DNA of 64,000 nt from positions 76,942,001 through 77,006,000 of the forward strand of contig OX597817.1 in assembly GCA_951406725.2 (NCBI GenBank), read 5' to 3'. How positions within the stretch are numbered: the stretch's first letter is position 1; each line of letters begins with the position of its first letter. The notes under the pieces are model-generated. The model was not told the DNA's origin and made no database searches. It saw nothing but the letters and a program-made list of their open reading frames with translations. Positions 12,559 through 25,705 of the stretch are shown here, piece after piece. The DNA is from Octopus vulgaris (Eukaryota). Both the position numbers and the translations under genes were made by a program.

Positions 12559-13400
12559 GGAAATGGTAAATGCTAGAAAGGAAGTAGGTTAACATTAGTG
12601 ATTGAAAGGTAATGGCACTAGGAAGAGATAAGATAAAAAAAACTGCAAAATGCTTTAAAAATAATACAAAAAATATATAGAAGAAATTGTTAGGGAAAGA
12701 AAATAAGAAAGAACGATGATTAGAGAAAGAATATGAATAAACACGTCAATAGCTTTAAGGTGTGCACTAAATGAAAAATTTTTGGTCAGAATCAATAGAA
12801 AAATTGGACAATGGCAGCTATCGATATTGGAGACATTAATGAACATTTCTCATTCTTTGTAATATAGAAGAGGAGGCCTCTGGTTGGTGAGTTTCGTCTA
12901 ATTAATTTCTTCGTTGAAAACATTCAATCCTTTTACAAGTAGACTGAATTAACTATATTATACAGCATGGTTTTAAATGATATGAAAAAATATATATAAT
13001 GTAATGAATCACAGGAGAAGTATTATAAATGATATAAGAACAGAAAGAGAGAAAGAGAGAGGTGGGACGAACGGGAAATGTAAAAGGAAAAAGAGAAAGA
13101 TGATGTAAAATGATGAATAGAAAGAAAAAAAAAAAAGAATTTTTTTGTTTCCTTTCTCTCATCTCTTTTACCCCCACCACTTCTATTTCTGTGTGTACTA
13201 TTGAGAAAAAAAGAAAGCATTTTTTATTTGTGTATGTGTGTTTGTGTGTGTTTTTTTTCCACATATGTATTTCTTCGAGAATATGCAGGTAATTCTAACA
13301 CCTGTCAAGTGTTGTCTACAATTTGAAAGTGTAGAAAAAATAAAATAAAATACTATAAGGATTCGTTTGAAACAAATCATAGGGAAAACGAAATAATAGT

Positions 13401-13446
<46 letters not shown>

Positions 13447-13653
13447 TTAGTAATAGCAGTAGTCGTAGCAGTTGGATGTGAAGGATGAGAAGGAGAAGGA
13501 GGCAGAGGAAGAGTAATTGTAGTAGACTTACAAAATGATAAACATAAAAAAAAGTAGAATTAGCATCAAAATGAATTTGCAATTTTAATGGAAAGTTTAA
13601 AACAAGAAATCGACAAGAGTACTCTTTTTCTGGTAACATCGAATTACTGTCGT

Positions 13654-13691
<38 letters not shown>

Positions 13692-13733
13692 TGATAGACA
13701 TAGATATAGATATAGATATATATATATATAGAT

Positions 13734-13808
<75 letters not shown>

Positions 13809-13837
13809 TGCATATATATGCATATATGTATATAGAC

Positions 13838-13896
<59 letters not shown>

Positions 13897-13964
13897 TACA
13901 TACATATATGTACGTACCTACATCTACATGTATATATACATGCATATATAAATATATATATGTG

Positions 13965-14120
13965 AGTACAGGACACCACAAATAGACGTAGAACTCAACG
14001 AGAAACGAAAACGTAAAAATAAACATGGAAACGGACTGTTTTTTAACAACGAAAAAACAGAGTACAAGACAAACAATACAAGGATAATTCCCCTTCATCA
14101 GCTGTCCCTAGTTCGACTCC
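13965..14120 (-). repeat. Dispersed TA-flanked repeat, homologous to 39508-39655 (+)
   Basis: Shared GGGACAG/AC CTGATGA/CCGAAGA AGGGGAAT..TCCTTGT...TTTTCGTTTCTC...GTCCTGTA. Confidence 0.7.
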
Positions 14121-14443
14121 ATATAGATGTATATATGTGTGTGTGTGTAGATAGCTAAATATAGATATATGTATCTTTCTATGCATATCGTGTAGGTGTG
14201 TTTTTTTTACAGGAAAAAGTTAACTGTGACTCTGAAGTTTCGACTTGCACGATTTCATCAGGCACTCTTAATCTTTTTCCTTAGTAACAGTTAATAAATC
14301 GTACTCTTCTAAAAGAGTATCGAGAAATAATTTAGCTTCATGCTAAATTATTTATATATATATATAACTTGATATAAAATTTTAAATAAAAACATATATC
14401 AATATATTTATATGTAAGTATGCATATCTCTCTCTCTCTTTAT

Positions 14444-14538
<95 letters not shown>

Positions 14539-14542
14539 ATAC

Positions 14543-14849
14543 AAAGTGCATTAAATACTATAAAACGTACGTGTAGGACAGACACAAGACCTGAAAGTCG
14601 TTATTTATTGTCTTCGCCTATCGTTTCAAATTACATTTGCTTACTTTCGTACGTCCACTCTGTATTTGTTTTCTTTTGCTAGAGCTCGAATTCTGCGCAA
14701 AACTTGCGGTTGCCACCGATGTACGAAGTTTCGTGTCTTATCATTAAAAGCACGAAACTTGGCATTAGTATTTTTGGTGGATAACCGAGGAAGGATTAGG
14801 GTCCTCGTGTCTGTTCTACGTGTACATTTTGTAGTATTTAATGCATTTT
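14543..14849. repeat. Insert bounded by ~50-bp imperfect inverted repeats
   Basis: 14543-14591 matches the reverse complement of 14800-14849. Internal hairpin AAGTTTCGTG/CACGAAACTT. Confidence 0.65.
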
Positions 14850-14908
14850 TAATTTATGGAATAACTGAACACCACGCATCTTTTTTTAACAGTAAGCTTT
14901 CATATACC

Positions 14909-14983
<75 letters not shown>

Positions 14984-15690
14984 ATATATATATACATATA
15001 TGCATATACATTTATATATGTATATATATACATATATATATACATATACATTTATAAATGTATATATACATATATACGCACAGACTCATTTACACTCACA
15101 CACACATATAGTTAAGTAAATCCTCTATCACGTGTTGTCCAAGAATGATCATTTTGATATATGATAATAAGCAGTCATGAAAATTTTTATATTTGTGAAA
15201 ATTATGATCAATAACTAAGCCACACCAAAGGTTTTCTTTAGCCACACATAATAGAAACCGTGTGATTTCTTTGCACCCTTTTTGAAATCATAATTTACTG
15301 GTATTGTATTACAAATTTGTTAAATGCATATTAACCGTTAAAAATCTACCTTTTCTCTTGTCCCATTAATTAAAATTTTACATTGATCCAAAGTCTTTTT
15401 TCGCAAACCTTTCTATGTTCACAAACTTTATGATATACATGAACATTATTTTCCTTTTCCTTTTAATTGTTTCAGTCATTTGACTGCGGCCATGCTACAG
15501 CTTCTTACCACACAGCTACGCCTGCGCCTATGATGATCAGTTATTTTATTTAAGAACAATGCAAGATCATTCAGGTAACCTGTATTACAAAATCATTGTA
15601 ATGTGAAAATAACAACAGAATATAAAATCCCAGTTTCAGGACAGTAGTATCGATGTAATATAGTGCAATCTAAAATAGCAATTTAAAATA

Positions 15691-16966
15691 TTGGGTTGTC
15701 CGGAAAGTTCGTGCCGATTTTTAAAGGAAAGAAAAAGGTCAATAAATACTTGCTATTACATTTTTAATCAACTAAATATGAACCATTTTGTTGTACAATG
15801 CGTCTCCAACTTTCCTTTAACTTGAAAACACCCTCTTCCCAGAATTGAGGTGGTTTCATGGCAAAGAATTCATCAAGGTTTTTTTTTACGTCATCCAAGG
15901 AATTGAAATTTTTACCATTAAAACTATTCTGCAGAGACCTGAATAAGTGGAAATCCGAAGGAGTAATATCTGGTGAATATGGCGGGTGGGGTAACACATC
16001 CCAGCCGAGCTGCAGCAATTTTTGTCTGGTTCCCAAAGAAAGGTGCGGTCTTGCATTATCATGTTGTTAAACAACACCCTTCCTGTTGGCCAATTCTGGA
16101 TGTTTCTCTTGAGTTGCTGCTTTTAACTCGTTCAGTTGTGTGCAGTATTTCTCATAATTAATTGTCTGGTTACGTGGGAGAAGCTCACAGTACAGAATTA
16201 TTTTCCAATCTCACCAGACACAAAGCAAGACTTTTTTAGGGTGAAGGCCCGCTTTTGGGGAGGCTTATGGTGGTTCATGTCGCTTACTCCAGGATCACTT
16301 TCTCTGAACATTTCGGTAGATAATCCATTTCTCATCACCTGTCACAATTTGCTTTTAAAAAGGCGCGTTTTCATTCCGTTTATAAAGCGAATCACAGATG
16401 CGATCCAAAAGGTTCTTCATACCCAACTCATATGGTACCCAAACATCGTAGCGATTTGTGTACCCAAGCTTTACCAGGTGCTCATGAACGACGGATTTTG
16501 ATAGTTTGAGGCTTTCTGCCAATTCTCGGGTTGTGCAATATGGTTTATTCTCAATTAATGACTTGATTTGGTCATCATCTGTAGTGGATGATCTGCCTGA
16601 TCGCTCTTTATCAATAACACTACAATCTCCAGCTCCGATCCTTGCGAACCACTTCCGTACAGTTCTTTTGGATAAAGACACATCAGCGTAAACTGAGTAT
16701 GTCTTTGGCTGCTTGTGAGGCATTTTTCCCTTTACGGAAAAGGAAAAGCATCAAGTGCCGAAAATGAACTTTCTTATCTTCCATTTTAAAGGGTTACATA
16801 ATTAACACAGGTTATAGGAACATAAACCTTCTTCCACGAAAAGATAGCTTAAACTGTGCTCTAAATGGAGGTGAAGTCAAATCTTATTTTATGGTCTCAA
16901 CCATGTTCTAAAATAAGTCGAAAGGTAAGCTACTATGCATCGGCACGAACTTTCCGGACAACCCAA
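15691..16966 (-). mobile_element. Full-length mariner (DD34D) transposon, transposase frameshifted
   Basis: 28-bp TIRs TTGGGTTGTCCGGAAAGTTCGTGCCGAT, TA TSDs, ATG 16784 to stop 15764. Motifs WVPYEL, VTGDEKW, HDNARPH, YSPDITPSDFHLF. Confidence 0.95.
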
Positions 16967-17082
16967 TATATAGTACAGTAAAATTAGTATCTTATCATAA
17001 AACCACAATGTAGTGAATCAAAATAATATGAATTCAGTATGCAAAAAAGTTGAATACTTTTCAGTTAATATTTTACTGCTCC

Positions 17083-17630
17083 ATTCCGCCGAGGTCGACT
17101 TTGCCTTTCATCCTTTCGGGGTCGATTAATTAAGTACCAGTTGCGTACTGGGATCGATCTAATCGACTGGCTTCCTCCCAAAAAATTTTGGGCCGTGTGC
17201 CTAGAGTAAAAAAGAATATTTTACTGCTCCTAAGGCGACGAGCTGGCAGAAACATTAGCACGCCAGCGAAATGCTTAGCGGTATTTCGTCTGCCGCTACG
17301 TTCTGAGTTCAAATTCCGCCGGGGTCGACTTTGCCTTTCATCCTTTCGGGGTCGATTAAATAAGTAACTGTTACGCACTGGGCTCGATATAATCGACTTA
17401 ATCCATTTATCTGTCCTTGTTTGTCCCCTCTGTGTTTAGTCCCTTGCGGGTAGTAAAGAAATATGTATATCGTCTGTTTTACGCTCTGAGTTCAAGTTCC
17501 ACGGAGGTCGACTTTGCCTTTCATCCTTTCGGGTTTGATAAATTAAGTACCAGTTGCGTACTGGGGTAGATCTAATCGACTGGCCCCCTCCCCCCACATT
17601 TCGGGCCTTGTAACTAGAGTAGAAAATGAT
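17083..17630 (+). mobile_element. Cluster of three SINE type A units (full copy 17234-17463, two partial copies with an alternative tail)
   Basis: Repeated GGTCGACTTTGCCTTTCATCCTTTCGGG body. ATATTTTACTGCTCC is duplicated at 17068 and 17216. Confidence 0.85.
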
Positions 17631-17644
17631 ATTCTGTTCTCTCT

Positions 17645-18022
17645 TATCTCTTTTACTTGTTTGCAACGATGCTGGAGCACTACCTTTTAGAATTTAGTCG
17701 AGCAAATCGAACCCAATACTTATTTTCTAAGCATAGTACTTATCTTAGGATCTCATCTGCCAAACCACTAAGTTACTGGGATGTAACCAAACCAACACTA
17801 GTTTCAAGTGGTGGTGGTGGTTGACAGGAGAACACTTACAGGTACAAATACACATGCATATACGACGGGCTTCCACAAAGTTTCCGTCTACTAAATTCAC
17901 TCACAAGGGATTGATCGGCCCGGGTATATAGCAGAAGATACTTACCAATAGTGCCGCGCAGTGGGACTGAAACAGAAACCACGAGGTTGCCAGAAAGTTT
18001 CTTAACCACATAGCCAGTCCTG
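17645..18022 (-). mobile_element. SINE type B, diverged
   Basis: Colinear with 8288-8681. Confidence 0.8.
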
Positions 18023-18519
18023 TTACCCAGAGAAAGTAGAAATTATTTGACAAATATCTGCCTAAAATACAACTACTACACACATTACATGTAGAATATT
18101 CTCGTTACATCAAATAACAATGGAACACGGAGCTATGTTCAGTTATGCATTGAATACACGCAAAGGAACATTAGCAGTTGAAGATGAAAGAAAGAGAATA
18201 AAATATAATTTCTTTTTGTCTGTATACGTCTCTCTCTCTCTCTCTTTCTCTCTTTCTGTCTCTGTTACTCAGTCATTCCCTCGCCCACTTATTCACTCAC
18301 TCAATCTCTCTCTCTCTCTTTCTTTATTTCTCTACTTCACACACAGATACGCATACACACAGCCACACATATCATTATTCCTTGCATCATGTGTTATCAC
18401 TACTTTTGGAGTATATGGTAGTTTTATGTAAAAAAAAAATGCCCCAGCTAATTGTGTACTTATGCAAGACGGTCATTACTGAAACAAAAAGCGCCAAAGT
18501 AACGCTTTTTCCCTATATA

Positions 18520-18554
<35 letters not shown>

Positions 18555-19199
18555 AACATTATTTCATTGACCACGTCGTATATGTGCAATGAAACATTTT
18601 GATAATGTTTAGCAGGATTGATGGTGGGGAATTAAGCCTATGGGCTTAATTTCATATGTGTTTGATTTAAAACCGGTGCTGACGAAGGCTGTAAAAAGCC
18701 TCAAAAGCTAAAACAATATTTAATACAGATTGCATACCTATGAACTTGCAGACTTAAAGATACGTTATTTATTCATTTATTTATACGTTATTTATTCATT
18801 CTGCAGGCTCCGGTGTATTTTCAATTACTGTTGATACCAAATATACTTCCTAGCACTTCTTTATGGTATATCATATCCTGTGGAGAAATAGACAAGAGAG
18901 GTATAACAGTACACACTCACATACACACACATACACACACACAGACACGTGTGTATATGTATGTGTGAGTGTGTGTTAGACTGAGCCACGCACTTCCTAA
19001 TGAGAAAGGTGAGAATGAATGCTATAAATACATATCTCCCAAAATGTATATATATATATATATATATATATATCCATATTTTAACAACTGATAATTCACA
19101 TATATTTCATTTCTTTTTAGATATACTTAATTAAAAATTAAGATTAAGCTTTAAACAAATGAAATTTAACCTGAAGTGCAACTGATTCTTGTTTGAAAA

Positions 19200-20400
19200 C
19201 GCATGTTTTGAAAAGACCGTTTCGGTGGGTGTTTCAGACAGATTCACCTATACTACTCACCATCACTAGAAGCAGAGAAAAGTTTGACCGCAGATATCGA
19301 TGGGCTCCACAAATGAAGAAAAGATACTGGAAATGTCTTGCCAGAGTTCAAGTAAATCTGTACAGAAAATGAGTCAGGAGATATGAATTTCCAAGTCATG
19401 CGTCCATCATATTTCGAATTTCAAAAATTATATTTCAAGAAGAGTTTATGCTCTCAATGAAAATAACCCGGGCCGACGAGTGAAGATTTTAGGGCAACAC
19501 TTGGCAAAATGTGTTGAAAATGCACATTTTCCAACAGGGGAGGCACATGGCTTAGTGGGCTCGCGGTAGAGGGATCGCGGGTTCGAATCTCAGACAGGGT
19601 GATGTGTGTTTTTATGAGCGAAACACCTAAGCTCCACGCGGCTCCGGCAGAAGGTAATGGTCAGCTTCTGCTGACTCTTTCACCACCACTTTCTCTCACT
19701 CTTTCCTCCTGGATCTTGCAGCTCACCTGCGACGGACCGGCGTCCCGTTCAGGTGGGGAACCTATACGCCAAGGAAACCTGGAAACCGGCCCTTATGAGC
19801 CAGGCATGGCTTGAGAAGGAACACTTCCAACAGACTGTTTGGACTGATGAGGCTTCATTTAAATTAAATGGATAATTTAAGCGCTACATTTGGTGCCGCT
19901 TATCAAATGCATTCTTTGAACCATTCTTTTTCCTGATACTGAGATCGCTTTCATTTACTTGAACTTTCTGCAATGGGCTGGAATGCCAAACATTGAAGAA
20001 GACTTTGAAGTTGAGGAGTTTTATTTGCAGCAAGATGGGGCACGCACACACTACCTTGGTCATGTAAGAACCTCCCTTGGTGAGATGTTGCCAAACTGGT
20101 AGATTGGACGTAGGGTTCCAGTAGAATACTCTCCGTGTTCATCGGACATCACACCTCTAGACATATTTTATGGAGGTACTTAAAAGATAAAATTTACTGT
20201 ACAAAACGGGCAACAGTCGACGAAAGAAGGGAAGCCCTTGAACGAGAATGTACATAAATATCAAACAAAATGTTTCTTGATGTTTGCGATTCCACTGTAT
20301 CGCGTTGTCAGTAGTGCCAAGATCAGAACAGTCATCAGTTTGAAAAGTGGTGTCCATAGAAAAAAAATTATTGTTTGTAGATTCAATCTGATTTTGAAAA
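19200..20400 (+). pseudogene. Degenerate Tc1/mariner DD41D (rosa/Visitor-type) transposase
   Basis: VWTDEASFKLNG and QQDGARTHY...W*IGRRVPVEYSPCSSDITPLD, with 41 residues between the 2nd and 3rd D, followed by LWRYLKDKIY after a frameshift. Boundaries are approximate. Confidence 0.8.
19538..19824 (+). mobile_element. tRNA-head SINE type D inserted in the DD41D relic
   Basis: TSD TTCCAACAG at 19529-19537 and 19825-19833. A box TGGCTTAGTGG, B box GGTTCGAATCT. Confidence 0.88.
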
Positions 20401-20447
20401 TGAGATGTGTTTTTATAAACATTGACTTGATAATCATACAATATGTA

Positions 20448-21317
20448 CGAGGTCTGATCAATAAATATCCGGACTGTTGCTATAGTAACGACGCTAAAGC
20501 ACGAACAGTAAAGCTGCTTGGAAGAGATTGACCTTGAACAATAATGTCCATGCGCACTACGTTTCAACGTTCTAGATCACGTTCACTGTTTAGGTGGGTA
20601 GCGTGTGATCGTCGCATTGACCATGACAAAGTTGTCATGGCGATATCTGCTTAGGGGCCTACGCAAAATTGCAGAAAGTGTTTCGGGAGGAGTGAATGAC
20701 TCGCACACAAGTGTACGAGTGGTTCAGACGTTTCCAAGTTGGCCGAAAAAATGTCGATATTGACGAGCGTTCTGGGAGACCCGCAACCGGCAGGACTGAA
20801 AAAAACCATCGCAAATGTCCGTGCAGCTATGAGGGAAATCGTCGAATCACTATCCGTGAGTTATCAGAGGATGTGCAGATTAGTTACAGTTCAGTTCAGT
20901 CCATTATCACTGAAAATTTAGGTATGAGACACTTGTTTGCCAAGTTTGTGCCAAAACTGCTTTTAGCTTACCAAAGAGATACACGGGTTTCAGTTGCACA
21001 AGATCTTGATTCTGTCCAGAATGATAAAAAACCTTTTGAAAACTTTGCGTTGACCACTGAGCATGTATCGCCAAGCTTTCGGCAAGATTTGATGCAGGTT
21101 CTCTGCTCAACTTTCTCCATCATAGTAATTGTGACGATCACACGCTACACAACTTCCTTCCAAGCACTGCTGTAAAGATGGGAAGAGAGGTAGAACGTTA
21201 ACACTTAGTGTGCATAGACAGTAGAGCTAAAAGTCAATCTGTATCAAACGCATTTACTCTGCGTGCTTTAGCTTCGTTACTATGGCTACAGTCCGAATAC
21301 TTATTAATCAGACCACG
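20448..21317 (+). mobile_element. Non-autonomous mariner (second family) with ~300-bp inverted ends and an N-terminal transposase fragment
   Basis: TA-flanked ends CGAGGTCTGATCAATAAATATCCGGAC / GTCCGAATACTTATTAATCAGACCACG. Protein fragments TQVYEWFRRF..DERSGRP and RRITIRELS...LGMR..AKFVPKLL. Confidence 0.9.
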
Positions 21318-21343
21318 TATATACATTTTCGGGAGACACCCTG

Positions 21344-21409
<66 letters not shown>

Positions 21410-21556
21410 TATATTTATATTATATATATATGCATGTATATATGTATATGTATACATACGCACATACATACATTCACACACGTACACATCCGCTTATATA
21501 TATATATATATATATACATACATACATACATACATGCATACAATACACCCGCACAT

Positions 21557-21589
<33 letters not shown>

Positions 21590-22002
21590 TGCATGTATGT
21601 ATATTTGCCACATGACTTTTCCTCAATGAGATTGTTTCTGTTCCAACACACGATCACAGGTCAAGCCACTTGCCAAACTAGTAAAACACAGAAATATGTA
21701 TATATACAGATGTATGTATATGTACGTATGTGAATACATGTGTATGTGTGCATATTGTCTTTTTCTTATATTATTTTTCCTTATTATAGAAGCCATTAAC
21801 GTCCGCCGAGTAAACATAAAATTTAAAACGTTTCAATTACGTAATTTTTATTATAACTTTTACTGTAATTATATAAGGAACAATGATAGCGACAACAACA
21901 TTTGTATTTTCTAAAACAGGCACAAGACATCACTTTCTGTAGGCGATTGGAAGCGCATATTAAATTTCTAGACGCGTGTTTGTATATTAAAAATAATAGC
22001 CA

Positions 22003-22038
22003 GTCTTCTTCTTCTTCTGCTGCTGCTGTTTCTTCTTC

Positions 22039-22070
<32 letters not shown>

Positions 22071-22363
22071 CTTCTTCTTCTTCTTCTTCTTCTTCTTCTT
22101 CTTCTTCTTCTTCTTCTTCCTCGTTCTTCTTCTTCTTCTTCTTCTTCTTCTTCTTCTTCTTCCTCGTCTTCTTCTTCTTCTTCTTCTTCTTCTTCTTCGT
22201 CTTCTTCTTCTTCTTCGTCTTCTTCTTCTTCTTCTTCTTCTTCTTCTTCCTCGTCTTCTTCTTCTTCTTCTTCTTCTTCTTCTTCGTCTTCTTCTTCTTC
22301 TTCGTCTTCTTCTTCTTCTTCTTCTTCTTCTTCTTCTCCTCCTCCTCCTTCTTCTTCCTCGTC

Positions 22364-22395
<32 letters not shown>

Positions 22396-22434
22396 CTTCT
22401 CCTCCTCCTCCTCCTTCTTGTTCGTCGTCTTCTT

Positions 22435-22514
<80 letters not shown>

Positions 22515-22526
22515 CATCATCACCAC

Positions 22527-22586
<60 letters not shown>

Positions 22587-22672
22587 TATTATTATTATTA
22601 TTGTTGTTGTTCTTGTTGTTCTTGTTGTTCTTGTTCTTCTTGTTCTTCTTCTTCTTCTTCTTCTTGTTGTTC

Positions 22673-22756
<84 letters not shown>
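22003..22756. repeat. Compound trinucleotide array (TTC/TTA/TCA/TTG)
   Basis: Directly visible. Similar arrays occur at 32660-33110, 40760-41250 and 48280-48715. Confidence 0.95.
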
Positions 22757-22758
<2 letters not shown>

Positions 22759-23448
22759 GCAATGGCAGAATGGCAGAATTCACTCTACTTGAGTTTCTCG
22801 CCACTGATCATTTAGCTACCGTTTCTTTCTGTAGTTTCCTCATAATAATGCCAAGCCATCGTTTTGAACGTTTAGTTACTGAATATTTTATTAAGGTCTT
22901 CTTGTATTATTGTTACAGCGTTGCTTTTCAATTGCCTAAGCAAAGCTTGTTTTAATTATTATTAGTTGCTATCGTTATTGCATCTGATCTCAGTAGTTTG
23001 GCATTTTCATTCGTTTCTCACTTTATTTTCCCTCGTCGATCTAAATTATTATAATAGTTATCATCGGCATTGTGATGACTCCACAAAATCCGTAACATTT
23101 ATATTAAATCATAAGATTTTTAATCTATATAAAACTTTATAAAATAGAATTTATTCAGATATCTGCAATGCGCTTACACTTCGTATCTTCATATGAGTAG
23201 AAAATAGTTATTGCGTACTTGGGTTGATTTCTCAGCTTTGCACAGAGTGTATGAATTTACACATGCGCACACATATATTTTGCACATAAATATATATTTA
23301 AACTGAAGTACATCTATCTAACTAGCTAGCTAGTTATCTGTCTCTCTGTCTCTGTGTGTGTGTCTCTCTCTCTTTCTGTAGGCAAGAAAGTATGTATATA
23401 TGCATGTATGTATGTATGTATGTATGTAAATATATATATATATATGTG

Positions 23449-24149
23449 TGTGGTGAAGCAAATTTTTGCTGAACCCTAATTATAATTATACTAATAATTA
23501 TAATATATTGTTTGAGTTTACCGAAAAATGCTCCTTTTAACATGCTGAATACTACTTGGTGGAATTATTAATTACTAGTTAATTAATTAATTTTACCCGT
23601 TATTATTATTGATAATATAATTCTCTCCCTGTTAATAAGCTACAGTTTTTTTTTCTGTAGTATCTTTTACTCAACAACACACGTGGATGAGTGAGGGAAG
23701 ATGCGAAACCTCATTCGTATGTTTTGAATTCGTTGGAACTTGTCATTGGATATAGTTTGTCTGATACTACTTGAAATGGATAGGTATGTTCAATTTTTTC
23801 AGTGCTGTCAAATTTAAAATCGTGAAATCCTGTGCCGAAGAGGAAAATTATTGGATGAAGTGTGATTTTTACATTCTTCATACCGATCTAATTCCGAAAC
23901 GCATCCACAGGTAATCAAATACCGAGTGAATTTCGTTGTTTTTCTGTCTACGTGGGATGTTTTGAGTATTTGTTGTCCGGGAGTTTCTTCTTATAGTAGA
24001 AGAAATACCTAAGGTTCTTTGGCTGCTATGTCTAAAGTTTGGTATGTGGTGAAGCAAATTGTTGCTGAATCCTAATTATCATTATACTCATAATTATAAA
24101 ATATTGTTTAAGTTTACCGAAACATTGGTCCTTTTAACATGCCGAATAC

Positions 24150-24153
<4 letters not shown>
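23449..24153 (+). mobile_element. Hammerhead-bearing element with ~108-bp terminal direct repeats (about 1.2 monomers, period ~596)
   Basis: 23449-23556 is repeated, diverged, at 24045-24153. TA/TG microsatellite lies on both sides and there is an internal hammerhead. Confidence 0.75.
23829..23911 (+). ncRNA. Minimal hammerhead with extended stem II (degenerate)
   Basis: CCTGTG-CCGAAGA-G...ATGAAG..CTTCAT...C-GAAAC-GCA-TC-CACAGG: perfect 6-bp stem I. The core has U4>C, and the probable ACGCGT palindrome has decayed to ACGCAT. Confidence 0.75.
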
Positions 24154-24219
<66 letters not shown>

Positions 24220-24277
24220 TATAAAATAAGGGCGAAAAAGTTGAATATTAATTTGATTAATATATACATACATATAC

Positions 24278-24333
<56 letters not shown>

Positions 24334-24586
24334 AGGGTGAAAAGTTGAATATTAACTTGATTAATATCAATTTAAAACCAGTGGTCTAGCATATAGAAAA
24401 TCCTGAAGAATCAGAAAAATTATATTACGTACATATAAGGGGGATGACCACTAAGTGGACATCCATTATGCTAGAAGACGACCCTCTATGGTTTTTCCAC
24501 TAAGAAAGGAATGTTATCAAGAAAATCTATCGAATGCCAGAACCTAAGCGAGCAAGACAAGTGAAAAGATACAAAATATACAGATT

Positions 24587-24659
24587 AATCACAAACCAGT
24601 TTCTTTGTTACCACTTACGTAATCACTTACGTAGAGGCCCGCAACTCGTCAGTGTGATC
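24587..24659 (-). ncRNA. Minimal hammerhead (left arm)
   Basis: Minus strand reads GATCACA-CTGACGA-GTTG...TACGTAA(GTGA)TTACGTA...CAAA-GAAAC-TG-GTT-TGTGATT. Confidence 0.72.
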
Positions 24660-24830
24660 GTCATAGCAAAATATAATTTGAAGATCTATACACGAGGCGT
24701 CCGCATGAGATTGAACATGTATATAGTTCTACCATTTACATTTGGAGTTATATTTCAAAAGTCTTCGTTTTGGCGCGCCTAAATACCGGACGCTCTGTGT
24801 ATAGTTCTGCATGTTATATTTTGCTATGGC

Positions 24831-24903
24831 GATCACACTGACGAGATACGGACATCTACGTAAGCGATTACGTAAGTGGTAACAACGAAACTGGTTTGTG
24901 ATT
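24831..24903 (+). ncRNA. Minimal hammerhead (right arm)
   Basis: GATCACA-CTGACGA-G...TACGTAA(GCGA)TTACGTA...C-GAAAC-TG-GTT-TGTGATT. Confidence 0.75.
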
Positions 24904-25056
24904 AATCTGTATATTTTGTATCTTTTCATTTGTCTTGCTCGCTTACGTTCTGGCGTTTGCTAAGTTTCCTTGAGAACATGCCTTCCTTAGTGGTAAGAAG
25001 GTCGACTTCTAGCATAATGGATGTCCACTTAGTGGTCATCCCTCTTATATTTATGC

Positions 25057-25155
<99 letters not shown>

Positions 25156-25395
25156 ATAAGCAGGATAATCACAATTCACAAATGTTTCTGTGCGCTGGTA
25201 ACAGTCATTTGTTGACTTTTCCATATCGTACTAGTATAAAAATATTGTATAAATGAATACCGTATAAGAATTTGAACGCACATTTGAGGCTATTACTCAG
25301 ATATATTAAACATATGTAAATATGCATGTATATTCATATTCATGCATATAAATATGTATATTATATGTTTTATATGAGTGCGTGTGGGTGAGTTG

Positions 25396-25434
<39 letters not shown>

Positions 25435-25519
25435 GAGTTAGTATAGAAATTCGTGGTACTTGATATATAAGCACCTGTTATACCGTACAAAATATGATGT
25501 ACACACACTCACATACATT

Positions 25520-25616
<97 letters not shown>

Positions 25617-25705
25617 ATATTGCAGTTCAAAATGTATCCACATGTAAATCGTTAGCAATGTTTTCCCTCCGTCTTCCTTTTCTCATGGACTTTTCTCTGT
25701 CGCCT

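Larger units (their letters stand above)
24433..25050. mobile_element. Inverted-repeat element (arms 24433-24703 and 24787-25050), each arm carrying a hammerhead
   Basis: Arms of ~265 bp are reverse-complementary with scattered mismatches. The spacer is 83 bp and there is a long (TA)n on the right. Confidence 0.85.

Noticed and set aside
14223-14266. Minus-strand CTGATGA...GAAAC-TTCAGA-GTC
   Set aside because: The core and stem III are present but stems I and II do not pair.
18672-18814. CTGACGA followed by an AGGCT/AGCCT stem
   Set aside because: GAAA is replaced by CAAA and stem I is out of register. At best a decayed hammerhead, so not counted.
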